A stretch of DNA of 64,000 nucleotides from the human T2T-CHM13v2.0 reference genome, Homo sapiens: NCBI RefSeq assembly GCF_009914755.1, contig NC_060942.1; one strand, given 5' to 3'. Shown here one piece after another: positions 26,111 through 39,800 of this stretch (positions are counted from its first letter, which is position 1; every line of letters begins with the position of its first letter). Both the position numbers and the translations under genes were made by a program. The notes beneath the pieces are model-generated. The model searched no databases, was not told the DNA's origin, and saw only the letters and a list, made by a program, of their open reading frames with translations.

Positions 26111-26619
26111 ATGGAAAATCCCACAGGGATCAACTTACTTCATGTTATAGCCAGAGCAGGTTCTAGAATCTAGTGCTCAAGCAGCTTGTAGGATTTCAAT
26201 TTAGAGATTAGGGAAGCTCCATCAGCTGAAGTAGGGTGAGGCTGGTTAAGGAATAGAAATAAAATGGAAGTAGTTCAGATCATTTCTCATTTAAAAAATT
26301 TTTTTATTAAAACAAATAACAATCTTCTGATTGATTGTCAAGGACGTGACGGAGTCTGAGAGGCTATATATTTTGAATCCGGGTTGTAAAGCACAGACAT
26401 CCAAACCAACAGAACTCCCACACACACTTCAGGAATGCAGAGGGTTTTTGTTTGTTTTGGTTTGTTTTTTTTTTTTTTAAGTTTTAGTAAGAACATTTTC
26501 TAAACATATACTGAATAAGGTTGTACTTGATAGTCCTGGTAATGGTAATAATGATAACTGAGAAAAAAGTGGAGAAGTAAAGGAAGCAGAAAAAATTAAG
26601 GCAATCCTGACAGCAATTC

Positions 26620-26791
26620 AGATAGGTAATCTACATAAATTAGTCAGTTTCCTTATCAGAGATTTACATGTTAAAACCACTTGATATAACCCAGCAGGAA
26701 ATTGAACAAGTGATTCTATGTCCAGACTTGGAAACAAAAATAACCACTCAGGGTCTGCACACATTAGTTTGCTCAAACTTGCGCTGATAAG
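26620..26791. promoter_or_regulatory. Candidate enhancer: GATA + NKX2-type + AP-1-like + ETS motif cluster
   Basis: AGATAG 26620, TTAGTCA 26640, CTTATCA 26652, CCACTTGA 26677, CAGGAA 26695, CAAGTG 26707, CCACTCA 26744, CTGATAAG 26784, all in apparently non-repeat DNA. Confidence 0.35.
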
Positions 26792-27487
26792 TCTTTTTGG
26801 CTAGAGCTATAGTATGCAGTTTTTAAGAGGGGAGAGTTTGGTTGGAGGATGATTGACACGGAAACAACTGCAAATCCATAACACAGGAAAGATATAAGCT
26901 TCAGCGAGTACCTGGATGTCACTGAGATGATGCAGATGCAGAGGGTGACATGCTGCACGGGACTTAGCATTGTTCGTGGTGAATCAAAAAGAAAACCCAC
27001 CCCATCAGCTCTGTAAAACACATCCAATATCTTAGGCAGACTGACATCTTACATCTGATGCACTCACACAAAGATATTTCACATTCTCATTTTAAATTTG
27101 TACCCATTCCAGGGTTTCTTAGTGTTTCCCAGAGAATAAGAATGATTTTGAAATTTGTGACTTGTCACTTTGGGGACAGACACTGCCTGTCAAGCTCTTC
27201 AGGCCAAGACCCCAAGGTTCCCCCAGCAGCCCTCAGACGCCCGTCCAAACAGTCTCTCTCTGGTCTCCAAGAGTTCCCGTGCATACCACATGCATATTCT
27301 ATTTATATGTTTCTTTGTCCTGAACAAGATTTGGCCCCATTGTGTGGGAGCAACACCAGAAAAGAAAAACAAAATCCATCCACCGAGAGAAAATGGAGAT
27401 TGTGAGAGCTTGGAGAAATTTACATACTTTGCTCATTCCATTTTCCTGTGATGTCAGAGTCAAAGAATATGCCTTTTTTAAAAAAAT

Positions 27488-27513
27488 CACACACACACAC
27501 ACACACACACACA
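27488..27513. repeat. (CA)n microsatellite
   Basis: Directly visible. Confidence 0.95.
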
Positions 27514-30061
27514 TTTCAAAATGCTGGGACTCACAGCTCTGTCAAGTGTATTGTCATTAAAAGGAGAAATGTAAACACTCTTTTGCCTTTCCCTCCACCC
27601 CCTTCTATTCCCCGCATCAGCCCCTAAAAAAAACTAACAAATTAGCCCAGACTCCACTGGACAGAATTAAGGGCCCGTCTGCAAAAGGCCGTGGGGTATT
27701 AATGGAGATGGGGCTGAGGCTGGGGCAGGGACGATGTGGAAGTGGGAGGCCGGAATGTGATACTTGAATCTGGGTGACTGGTTCTTTATGGAGGCACAGA
27801 AAAGGGCCGGCTGACACTTTACAGATTGAGTGTAATGTTCAGGGAATTTGGCATTTCTGCCACGGGCTCTGGCTGCCCTGGTAACTGCTTTCCTTCTCCC
27901 TGCTGGTAAAAGTGCAGGAGAAAAGGGTTAAATAAATGTTTGTGATATGATAAGGTGCTTGTTTATTCAAGGAATGACAGATTATTGGCTCCAAAGGCAG
28001 CCCTGAAAAATAGTACAAAGGAACTGGCTCTCCCTTCGCGGATGATGTGATTTCCTCCTGAGATTCTGCTCTTTCCTAGGAACAATTTGCCCTGGGAATT
28101 AAGAAAGATGATTTCCCTGCCATCAGATATGAACATGGAGTTGGCGCTGAGGGCTGGAGCCCCAGAAGCTGGCTGGGAACTGGGATGGGCTTGTTTTGGG
28201 GAATGACTTTCCTGCAGGGATTTTTCTCTCACTGCCCTCAGGCTGGCCCAGCACAGAGCTCAGCTTCCAGCATCCACGTGCCCTGCTTACTACCCAGAAA
28301 GGCTGCAGGGCATCAGCGTGTTGCTACTTCTGAGAGCCTGGGAAAAGAAGTTACGTACTCAGGAGGGGGACTTCTTCCTCAGGAAATCCTGGTGCCAGGT
28401 CTGCCTCTAGCCCCAGACTGCTGTGTTCATCCCCTGACCATTCCCACATGGCATGGACACATGTGCCCAGGATGGCATGCATATCTGTCCATTTCCACAC
28501 CAACACAAGCTGCACTACATGAGCTTTCTCCTGTTGTCCTCTAGTGATTTCATAGCTAGTCCTGCAGGAGAATTCAGTTCCAGATCCCCAAACAATGAGG
28601 CATTCACCTAAAGTTGGTGCACTTTTCCTCGGGGAGCAAACATCAGTGGCTGCCAACCCTGAAAATCACAGAGATCTGTACGAGGGGGCCTGTACAAGTG
28701 AGCCTAGAAGGGCTGTGACACCTTGCTGTGCACTGTGAGCTGTTCCGTTCATGCCCGGCTTCTGGATGCTGCTCTGAGGTGGCTTCCGCCTGCAGAGCAA
28801 GGGTTCTGAGCCCAGCATGCTTCAGCCACAACTCTTCCTTTCCCCTCTCCTGGCCCTGCTTCTGGCATGCCATAGAGAGGTCATTCACATACTTGCTGAC
28901 TAGAAGGGTTCATACAAGATGTTTGGCATAGTTCTCATTTGAAAAGAACACATTGCCAAAATCAAACACCAAGGGAAAAATAAGTTGTTGTTTAACGGCT
29001 GTTTTTCTGGCATCCTAGGAACTACTGTATGATTTTTATAATGGCCCAGTCACTTTATCAGCTGATGTGCTGCTTATTTGTAAGTCATAAGGCATCAGCC
29101 TGGGGAACCCAGTGCCCTTCAGACACAGTGACTCAGGTTTGAGCCGACGGCAGGGACGTTATCGAAGGTCCACGGTTGGGCTATTTTTATGATTGCATTC
29201 AGTACTAATAGGGCTTTTGGAGTGTACACAGCCATGTGCTCATTCTTGAACTATACAAGATAAGATCCTTGTCCCAAGGAGCTTACTGCCTGACTTTTGC
29301 AAAAACCAGATGGCAGAAAATGGTTTCCCTCTGCCCATCAGCAATGATTGAGGGGGTGGAGATGAGAAGCGGTGCAGTCAATTCATAACTCTCCTGGGGT
29401 GGGACCTTTGCTTTGGCATTTATCCCATGTGATGTTTTAATCATGGACTATCCTTCCCCATCATCTGCTATTCCATAAGCTGCATCTCCAGGGAGCTCTG
29501 AGAATTCAAGCTTATTTGAATATCAACTTAATTAAAGCATCATTAGATCATAAAGCACCATACATAGACACACACATTATGCACATAAACATTTGCAAAA
29601 ATATCATGGATTTTGAAACTAGCCATAAATGACTTTTGGACTGCCAGTGGGGACATGAGGAAGGAAATGAAAATTGTACCTACTGTGGTGGGTCATATCC
29701 GAATCATATGCTGTGATGCTGGATTATGAAGTGCCAGCCGCGATGCCCCAGCAGATCAATTGGGTCTCTGGGACAGTTTCTGCCTGGGTCTGCCTCAGCT
29801 GGGAAATGTCCAGCAGAGCACTGTGAATAGGCCCCCACAACCTGCACATCAGCGCCTCTGGCCCCAGAGGAGCTTCCCGGCACCTGGGCATGTCAGTGAC
29901 CTTATTTCAGGATAGCCCCCTAAGTCTTCAAGCCATTTGCAACTGCATGGGTTTACTTGAAGGCCAAAAATCTATTTCCTATGACATGTGAACAGTCTTA
30001 CCAAAGGTGCACACACTGGTTAAACCCTGGATGAGCAAGTGTATTTACTCAGCACTTGCTT

Positions 30062-30512
30062 TGCCTTCATCTGGGCTCTCCGAAAGCAGATTCTTAGGCT
30101 GGGATTTGAGTGGGAGCACCAGCCAGGTGGTGAGGAGGGAAGCTAATGTAGGGTGTGGTACGCTACCATGGTATAGCAGTGTAGGTTACTGCTGTGAGCA
30201 GCTGAGGCGCCATCCCACTGGGGACATCTGGGAGATGGTGTAGGATGCATCTAGAGCTCTCCCTCCCTAATGGCAAGGAAGCCGGGACATTGAAACATGA
30301 AGTCTTCTTCACCTTTGGCTCAGGGTTAGTCCAGGGACATCAACCCCCAGGCATTGCCTGCCCTGCCCTATCTGCAGGCTCAGCAGATCCCTTAACCAAA
30401 AAAGTCCCCAGTGTGGAGACCTGCAGTTGCTGGTGGTGAGGGTCACCAGTATGGCAACGGTAGGGGCCAAGGGACCCTGATGTAGGCAGGGACCCAACAG
30501 GGTCTGCCATAG
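30062..30512 (-). mobile_element. ERVL LTR33-like solo LTR
   Basis: tgcctt...gaaagcaga...ggatttgagtg...cccactgggga.atctgggagatggtgtag...gcaaggaagccggg resembles recalled LTR33. Confidence 0.7.
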
Positions 30513-31650
30513 GTTTCCTTCTTTCCTTCCTTCTTTTAAGTGTAAGGAACTCCTTTGAGAGAAGTTGGAGGTATGTACACATTTTCCCAGTGAATGGAGC
30601 CAATATTGAGACATCTAGAAAAAGGGAAATGAAAGAAGAGGGGAGAAAAACACAGGATTCAGCTCAGTTTTCCTTTACTCTGGAAAGTCTCCAAGCCCCT
30701 CCTCTCACTCTCTGACCAGCGACCTGATGTAAGTGCACCCCCACTCGACACCCATAGCCCTGAATTGTAATTGTCTGTTCATGTGTCATCCTTGCAAACC
30801 AAGGCATTCTTTCACTCGTTTGTCTTTATTTCTGTACTCTCTGTACTTACTTGCTTGGCATTGACAGGTGCTTAATTAATCTCTAGAAAATGAATGAAAG
30901 GTGGCTTTATTTACATTATTCCACATTTATCTCTACCAAAATTTTAAAGATTTACTCAGGAACAGAAGTTCCAACCTAGTTCCTTTGGACCTTTGTTGGT
31001 TGAATTTTAGAGATCTTTTTGTTGTTGTCCTAAACCAGGTGCCAGATCCCTGCAGAGATTTTCCAACATCAGGATTCTTCCTATAGAGAAAAAAGACACT
31101 CCCCATGAGGAGTCTGGAGCCCAGTGAAGTGGAAAGCTGAGATGCTCAGGCTGAAAACCATCCCTGAAGGTTAGAGGTCTAGCAGAAAGCAGTAGCTCAT
31201 TAAACATTCATTTTTCATTTTTGCAAAGACAAAAGTAGAAGGCCACATTATCATTTATCATTCCCTGAAGAGGAGGTAAAAGTATATGACAGAGCAAAAC
31301 CTGGTCACCACTTCTGACCAAGCCTTTCCTCTTCCAGTATCTATGATTTGGGCTTAATGATGGTTTTCTTTAGTACAAGATCTCTACTCTGCTCTAGATA
31401 ATCTGATGACACGGTGATGACCTTTGCCTCCATCTCTCCTTCAAGACATTCCACTTTTCTGGTACCCAGAGCTGACCCCTTCCTCGGATGGTACCTACAC
31501 TGGATTTTCCTACTGGATGGCCAAGATCAGAGTTGTTCAAGGTAAGACTTTCCTGGGCTGTGACATGCCCAGGGGACCCCGCAGATCCCTGTGGGAGGCT
31601 CTGGGAATCTTTCCCATTATGGGCAAATGAGAGAACTCATTCATCCACTC

Positions 31651-31859
31651 CAGAGTTTTTCAACCTACGTGCTATTGGCATTTTGGATGGGAATATTCTC
31701 TGTTGTGTGGGGCTGTCCTGTGCCATGTAGGATGTTTAGCAATTTCCCTGGCCCCTACCCACCAGATAATAGCATCACCCCTTCCAAACAAAATGACTGT
31801 CTCCAGATATTGCCACATGCCCTGTGGGGTGAAAGATTACCCTTGGTTGAGACCCATTG
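31651..31859. mobile_element. MER20 (hAT-Charlie)
   Basis: ggggctgtcctgtgccatgtaggatgtttagc...tgtctccagatattgcca...ggttgagacccattg. Confidence 0.88.
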
Positions 31860-31989
31860 CTCTAGCCCAAGCCTGATGACAATTAGTAAGATATTGGCTC
31901 AAAGGCTGCATTTCTGGGGTCTCTTGGAATCTCCTTGATCTTGCGGCAGGAGTCTCTAGGGTTAATACATTTACCGTCACTGCTATCTT

Positions 31990-32200
31990 CCGAACACCTA
32001 TTATATGGCAAACATTGTTTTGGCCCTTGAGATAGAGCTGTTATGTGGAGTAAATGACCCTCTTTATTCCGATGAGGAAATGGAAGCCCAGAAAGACTCT
32101 CAGCCAAGGTATTCCAACAACACATGCCTTGCAAATGGTGGGACTAGGATTTAAATTGGGGTCTTTTGACTTCAAAGCCTGTTCTCCTTCTACTCCCGTT
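31990..32200 (-). mobile_element. MIR
   Basis: gatgaggaaatggaagcccaga...gccaagg...ggactaggatttaaa...tgacttcaaagcc. Confidence 0.7.
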
Positions 32201-32611
32201 CTCCCCTATCTTAATATACACAGTCCATCCCCTCTGAGGAACTGGCTAGAGAAAGTAATTCAGTAGATAGTATATGTTTCCCAAAACGGCCACCTTTGTG
32301 ACACCCAAGTTCTGAAATATTAGAAATAATACCTTCTAGAACACACACACTTTGAGTATTGACTCACTTACCAAAATCCCTCAAGAGTATTCTCTCTGTG
32401 CTGTGGCCCTGAGGAAAGAGGAGTGAGCAAGAATTCCTGTGCTGGAGGAGCTGTTCCGCCAATGGAACATGTGGGCCTGAGAAGCTTCATTTGCAATACA
32501 TTATGGAATATGCACTATTTAGAAGAGGCCTACAAAGGCATTGGAGTATGAGGTTGTTTGATCTCACAGTATAGGGGTCCTTTGTGCCAAATATGGCCTG
32601 TTGCCTACTTT

Positions 32612-32802
32612 GTAAGGTACAAACCATGACCCGTGGGCCAAATCTAGCCTGCAGCCCATTTTTGTAAGGCATATGAGTTAAGGACGGTTCTTATACTTGT
32701 AAAGTTTTGTTTAAAAAACAACAACAACAAACAAAGGAGAATAGGTGACGGAAGCTATATGTGGATCACAAAGCCTAAAATATTTACGATCTGGCTCTTT
32801 GC
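32612..32802. mobile_element. MER58A (hAT-Charlie)
   Basis: gtgggccaaatctagcctgcagcc...caaagcctaaaatatttacgatctggctcttt. Confidence 0.85.
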
Positions 32803-32868
32803 CAAATCCACACTTAGAATGAAAGTAAGTATCTTTGCAGCAATTAGTAGGTGTGTACTTAGAAGATA

Positions 32869-33157
32869 GGTTAGGCACAGTGGCTCAGGCCTGCAATCCC
32901 AGCACTTTGGGAGGCTGAGGCAGGCAGATCACTCAGGAGTTAAAGACCCCGGGCAACATGGTGAAACTTCATTTCTACAAAAAAATACAAAAATTAGTCA
33001 GGCATAGTGGCACACCCCTGTGGTCCCAGCTACTCAGGAGGCTGAGGTGGGAGGGTCACTTGAACCTGGCAGGTAGACATTCCAGTGAATCACAGTCACG
33101 CCACTGCACTCCAGCCTGGGGGACAAAGCAAGAACCTATCGAAAAAAATAATAATAA
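32869..33157 (+). mobile_element. AluJ
   Basis: Dimeric Alu with gaggctgaggtgggagggtcacttgaac J diagnostics and an A/AAT tail. Confidence 0.92.
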
Positions 33158-33334
33158 TTTTTTATCCTAGGTTCACACAATAAAAGCAATAAAAGGATCA
33201 GTGCGGATGGGATGAGTTGTCATTGTTTCTTCTTTGGAGGAATCCTACATTGATGATCACTTCACAAAGAGATCATGTTAAACACTACATTCTATGAGTC
33301 TTTCACTGTTCAGAGCATGGAAAATGTGTGGCAT

Positions 33335-33755
33335 GTCATAAAAGTTAAGGCAATTCGAAGTGTTAACAAATCCAAAATTTCTAAGGCTTAAGACAAGAGA
33401 AGTTTATTTCTTGTCCAGTCACTAATTGGTTATGAGAGCAGGAGTGCTCTGCTTCACACATAACATTCAGGAACCTGGGCTGAGAAAGGCTCTTCTGTAC
33501 TCAACGTGTAACTTCCCAAGTCATCCTAGATGTCAGCAACCTGCAGGAAGACATAGGAAGAGAGCGAATGGTGAGTTTTCAATGGGAGCTTTTTATGGGC
33601 CAGGCCTGGAAAGGATGTTCCTCACTTCCACTCCTATGTTATCGGCCAGAACTCAGTCTCATGGCCACACCGAACTGAAAGGGAGGCAGTGTAGCTGTGG
33701 GCCCAGGAAGAAGGGGAAATGGGTTCTGGTGAACACAAAGCAGTCTTTGCCACCA
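33335..33755 (-). mobile_element. MLT1 (I/J-like) MaLR LTR
   Basis: aagtttatttctt...cattcaggaacctgggctga...ggccagaactcagtctcatggccacac...ccaggaagaaggggaaatggg. Confidence 0.75.
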
Positions 33756-33875
33756 GAAGAAACCTTGGATAAAACTGGAAACTGGTTGCTTTGTAGTGAC
33801 AAAGAGATTTGAGTTAGTAAGAGGAGAGCTAGCATTTGAATGTCATATTCAGAGCAGATAAAAACCCGATTGTTG

Positions 33876-36800
33876 GGAGGGGGGTTAAGACGGCTGACTA
33901 AAGGTTCTGGTACTCATCACTTCCACAAAGAAGAACCAAAATTGCAAGTAGATAATCACACTTTGAATAGATCATCTAAGAGATAAAACTGGAATTCAAC
34001 AGAAAAGTGTCAGGAAACATCTAAGGCAAGGAAAGAGGGGCTAAAAAAAAAAAAAAAAAAAAAGGAAGGAGAAGGAAGCCAGGCAGCTTGCTCAGCTGGG
34101 ATCAGCTGGGAACCAGAAGAGGCTTCTCAATGCAGGTAAAAGGTAAGTAAGTGATCCCCAACACCCAACACTCCACATTCCCACTCTGAGCTCCTGCATT
34201 CCGAGCCATGGAAGAGCCCCTCGACTCTCCCATGCCCTGAGACAAACCTAGAGAGCTGCCTGGAAACTGCACAGTGGCATTGCGCCAGAGATGGAGCTCA
34301 CACTGGGCCCCCTGCACACCTCAAGTCCTAAGCAGCTTCAGCATGGTGCCATTTTGAGAGCTCAGCCACTGCCAAACTGCATCCTGCCTTGGGGCTCAAC
34401 AGCCCCTTCATCTTCACATCCCTGGAGCCCCATTGACATCCCATAGGTAGCTGCCATCATTGCTGGCTGCCTCCATTGGGGTCATTGCATGACCACTCAC
34501 AGTAGCGAGACTGCTACACATAGGCAAGTGCTCTACAGACAGGCTGTTCCACCCAAAGCCACCACCTGGGGCTGAAGTTCATGCATCCCAGCTGCCTGCC
34601 TGTGGCTGCTGCCACTGAAAACAACCCTGCCCTCTCCAGCAGTGGGGATGCCACACAGTCACTGCCACCCCCACCTGAACATTCCACTAGGGGCCTGGGG
34701 ATCACCCCACCCCTTCCTACTACAACCAACACCTGCATGTATCACTGGGAGGCCTGAAGAGATAACTTTACTGTGTATAGTATCCTTATCTGGCAGGTTT
34801 GTTTTCAGCACTTTGAATATATCATCCCATGCTCTCCTGGCATTTAAGGTTTCTTCTGAGAAATCCACTGTTAGTCTGATGGGGGTTCACTTGTAAGTGA
34901 CTAGATGCTTTTCTCTTGCTGTTTTTAGCATTTTCTGTTTGTCTTTGAATTTTCACATTTTGACTACAATATGCCATGGAGAAGATCTTTTAAAATTGCA
35001 TCTGTTTAGGGATCTCTGAGCTTCCTGTATTTGGACAGCAAAAATGCAAATATTTGATTGCCAGAAAGAAAGAAAAAAACCAAAAGAATATAAAGCTTAT
35101 TTAATGAAACAACAGCTGAAAACTTCCCAAGTCTACTAAGACATTTAGACATCCAAATACAAAGTTATACTTCATAAGTGAAGGGGAAATGAAGTCTTTC
35201 CCAGGTAAACAAAAGCTGAGGGAATTCACCGCCACTAGATTAATCCCACAAGAAATGCCTAAGGGAGTCCTATTCCTGGGAGTGAAAGGACGATATCTAC
35301 TACCATAAAAACACACAACAGCGTTAATATAAAACCCACTGGTAGAGCAAACACACAAGTAAGGAATAGAAAGGATGCAAATGTTATAACCACAGAAAAC
35401 TACCAAGTGACAATGATAAAACGTAAGAGAGAAAGAAAGGATATACAAAACAACCAGAAATCAATTAATAAAATGATAAAAATAAACCCTGACATATCAA
35501 TAATAACTTTGAATGTAAGTGAATTAAATTTTCCATTTAAAAGATATAGAATGGCTAAGTGAAATTTTTTAAATGACCTAACTATATGCTGCCTACAAAG
35601 AAACATGTCTCACCTGTAAAGACATATATAGACTGAAAGTAAAGAGATGGAAAAGTATATTCCGTGCAAATGGAAACCAAAAGAGAGCAGGAGTAGCTAC
35701 CTTTATATCAGTTAAAACAGACTTTAAGGCAAAAACAGTAAAAAGAGTAAAAGAAGGTTATTATATGATAAAGGGATCAATTCAGCAAGAGGATGTAACA
35801 ATTCTAAACATACATGCATGCAGCATCAGAGCACTGAGGTATACAAAGCAAATATTATTAGATCTAAAGGGAGAGATGGAATTCAATATAAAAATAGTTG
35901 AAGAGTTCAATACCACACTCTCAGTATTAGGCAAATCATTTAGACAGAAACTTTGGATTTAAACTGCACTTTAGACCAAATGGACCTGACATATATTTAC
36001 AGAACATTTCATCCAATAGCTACAGAATATACCTTATTCTTATCAGCACATGAAACATTCTCCAGGATAGACCATATGTTAGCACACAAGAAAAGTCTCA
36101 ACAAATTTTTAAAAATTGATATCAAATTAAATATCTTCTCAGACTACAATGGAATAAAACTAGAAATTAATAACAAGAGGAACTTTGGAAACTGTACAAA
36201 TACATGGAAATTAAACAACATGCTCCTGAATGACCAATGGGTCAAAGAAGAAATTGAGAGGAAAATAAAAAAGATTACTGGAACAGATGAAAATAGAAAC
36301 ATGACATACCAAAACCTATCAGATACAACAAACGCATTGTGAAGACAGGATTCACCGCAATAAACTCCTACATTTAAAAAGTAGAAAGATTTCAAATAAA
36401 CAATTTAATGATGCACCTGAAATAACTAGAAAAGCAAGAACAAACCAAACCCAAAATTAATAGCAGGACAAAAATAATACAGATCAGAGCAGAACTAAAC
36501 AAAATAGAGACTAAAATACAATATCAAAAATCAGTTAAATGAAGAGTTAGTTTTTTGAAAAGATAAACAGATCAATAAACTCCTAACTAGATTAATCAGA
36601 AAAAAGAGAGAAGACCCAAATAAACCAAACTAGAAACAAAAAAGAAGACATTACAAGTGATACCACAGAAATACAAAAGATCATCAAACGTTGTTATAAA
36701 CAACTATACACTAACAAACTGGAAAATTTAGAGGAAATGGATCTATTTCTGGACACATACAGCCTACCAAGATTGAATCAGGAAAGAATAAAAAGCCTGA

Positions 36801-39800
36801 ACAGACCAATAATGAGTAGAAAAATTGAATCAGTAATAAAAATTCTTCCAAAAAAACAAAAGCTCAGGACCAGATAAATTCACTGCTGAATTCTACCAAA
36901 CTTACAAAGAACTGATACCAATTCTCCTCAAACTGTTACAAAAAAATTAAAAAAGAAGGGATTCTCCCTATCTCAATCTATAATGCCAGCACCACCCTGA
37001 TACAAAACCAGACCAGGATGTGACAAAAAAGAAAACTACAGGCCAATATCCCTGATGAACATAGAGACAAAAATCCTCAACAAATTACTAGCAAACAAAA
37101 TGCAACAGCATATCAAAAAGACAATACACCATGATCAAGTGGGATTTATCCCAGGTTGCAAGGATGGCTCAACATATGCAAATCAATAAATGTGATACAT
37201 TACATCAACAGATGAAGGACAAAATCCACATGATCATCTCAACAGACACAGAAAACAACATTTATTAACATCCAATATAACTTCATTAAAATCTTTCAAT
37301 AAACTAGGCATAGAAGGAGCATATCTCAACATAACAGCTATATATGACAAACCCACAGCTAACATGGGGAAAAACTAAAAGATTTTCTTCTAAGAACTGA
37401 AAAGAGACAAGAACGCCTACTTTCACTACTCCTATTCAACACAATATTGGAAGTCCTAGCCAAAGAAATCAGGCAAGAAAGAAAAATACAAGGCATCCAA
37501 ATTTGAAAAGAGGAAGTAAATTGTCCCTCTTTGCTGATGATACGATTTTATATCTAGAAAACCAAAAAGCTCTTAGAGGTAATAAATAAATTCAGCAAAG
37601 TTGCAGAATACAAAATCAACAAACAAAAATCAGTAGTGTTTCTATACCCCCATAATGAATTAGATGAAAAAGATATCAGGAAGGTAATTCTATCTACAAT
37701 AGCTACAGAAAAAACTAACTAAAAGCCTAGGAATAAATTTAACTAGTTAAGTGAAATATTTCTACAAGGAAAACTGCAAAACACTAATGAAAGAAATTAA
37801 AGAGAACACAAACAAATAGAAAGACATCCCATGTTCTTGGGTTGGAATAATTAATATCATTAAAATGACCATACTACCCAAACACATCTACAGATTCAAT
37901 GCAGTCTCTATCAAAATACCATTGTCATTTTTCACAAAAATAGAAAAAAAATCCTAAAACTTCTATGGAACCAAAAAAGAGACCAAATAGACAAAACAAT
38001 CTTGAGTAAAAAGAATAAAGCTGAAGGCATCATACCACCTAACTTCAAAATATGTTACAAGACTATAGTAACCAAAACAGCATGATATTGATATCAAAAC
38101 AGACACATGGACCAGCAGAAAAGAGTAAAGAACCAGAAATAAATTGATGTATTTGCAGCCAATTGACTTTCAACAAAGGCACCAAGGACATACATTGGAG
38201 AAAGGACACTCTATTCAATAAATATTGCTGGAAAAACTGGATAGCCACATGCTGAAGAATGAAACTAGATCTCTGTCTCTCACCATAGATACAAAAAAAT
38301 AAACTCAAGATGAATTAGACTTAAATGTAAGACTTAAAACTATAAAACTGCTAGATGAGTACTTGGGGGAAACACTTTAAGACATCGGTCTAGGCAAAGA
38401 TTTTATGGCTAAGACTTCAAAAGCACAGACAACAGAACCAAAAATAGACAAAAAGGACTATATTAAACTAAAAAGTTTCTGCACAGCAAAGGAAACAATA
38501 AACAGAGTGAAGAGACAACCTATAAAATGGGAGAAAATATTTGCAAATTATAAATCAAACAAGGGACTAATATCCAGAATATACAAGAAATGCAAATAAC
38601 TCAACAGAAAATAAACAAATAAACTCATAAAAAGTGGCCAAATGACATGAATAGACATTTCTTAAAAGAAAACATTAAATAACCAACAGGTATATTTTTA
38701 AATGCTCAACATCACTAATCATTAGGGAAATGCAAATCAAACAATAATGAGATATTATCTTACTCCAGTTAGAATGGCTATTATTAAAAAGACAAAAATG
38801 AACAGTTGTTGGTGAGAAAGTAAAGAAAAGGAAATTCTTATACACTATTGGTAAATGTAAATCAGTACAGCCACTATGAAAAGCAGTATGGAAATTTCTC
38901 AAAAAACTAAAAATAGAACTACGTGATCCAGCAACCTCACTACTGGATATTTATCCAAAGGAAAGGAAATGAGTATATCAAAGGGATAGCTACACCCCAT
39001 GTTTTTGGCAGCACTATTCACAACAGCAAAGTTATGGAATCAACCTAAGTGTCCATCAGTGGACAAATGGATAAAGAAAATGTGGTATATATATGCAATG
39101 GAATACTATTTGGCAATAAAAAAGAATAAAATCATGTCATTTGCAGCAACATGGATGTAACTAGAGGTCGTTATCTTAAGTGAAATAAGCCAGAAAGACA
39201 AATATTGCATATTGTCACTTATATATGGGAGCTTAAAAGGTTAATCTCATGAATGTAGACAGTAGAATGATAGCTACTGAGGTAGGAGGCAGAAATGACT
39301 CCCAAGGCAGGGCTAAGGCACCAGACCAAATTGAGGACTAGCTAAAACAGGTCTGTGGCAAAAGCAGCTTTCTGTAAGACATATACACTAGTATGTCATG
39401 TCAGTTTACCATTGCCATGGCAACACCTGGTAGTTACTGCCCCTCTCCATGGTGACAACCCAGAAATTACTATCCTCATTCTAGAAATTTCTGCATAAAC
39501 TGCCCCTTAATTTGCATATATTAAAGTGGGTATAGATATGAGTGCAGAACTGCCTCTGAGCTGCCATTCTGGGCATACTGCCTCTGGGGTAGCCCTGCTT
39601 TGCAAGGAGCAGTACCTCTGCTTCTGCTGTACACTGCTGCTTCAATAAAAGTTGCTGTCTGACACCACCAGCTTGCCCTTGAATTCTTTCCTGGGCAAAG
39701 CCGAGAACCCTCCCTGGCTAAGCCCCAGTTTGGGGGTTTGCCTATCTTGCATCAATACCAGTGACTGGGAAACCTTTGTGGGTGTGAAGGGGGGATAAGG

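Noticed and set aside
26671-26750. RUNX sites (AACCAC) suggesting a blood enhancer
   Set aside because: Both continue with T (AACCACT), not the AACCACA/ACCRCA consensus. They fit NK2-type sites better.
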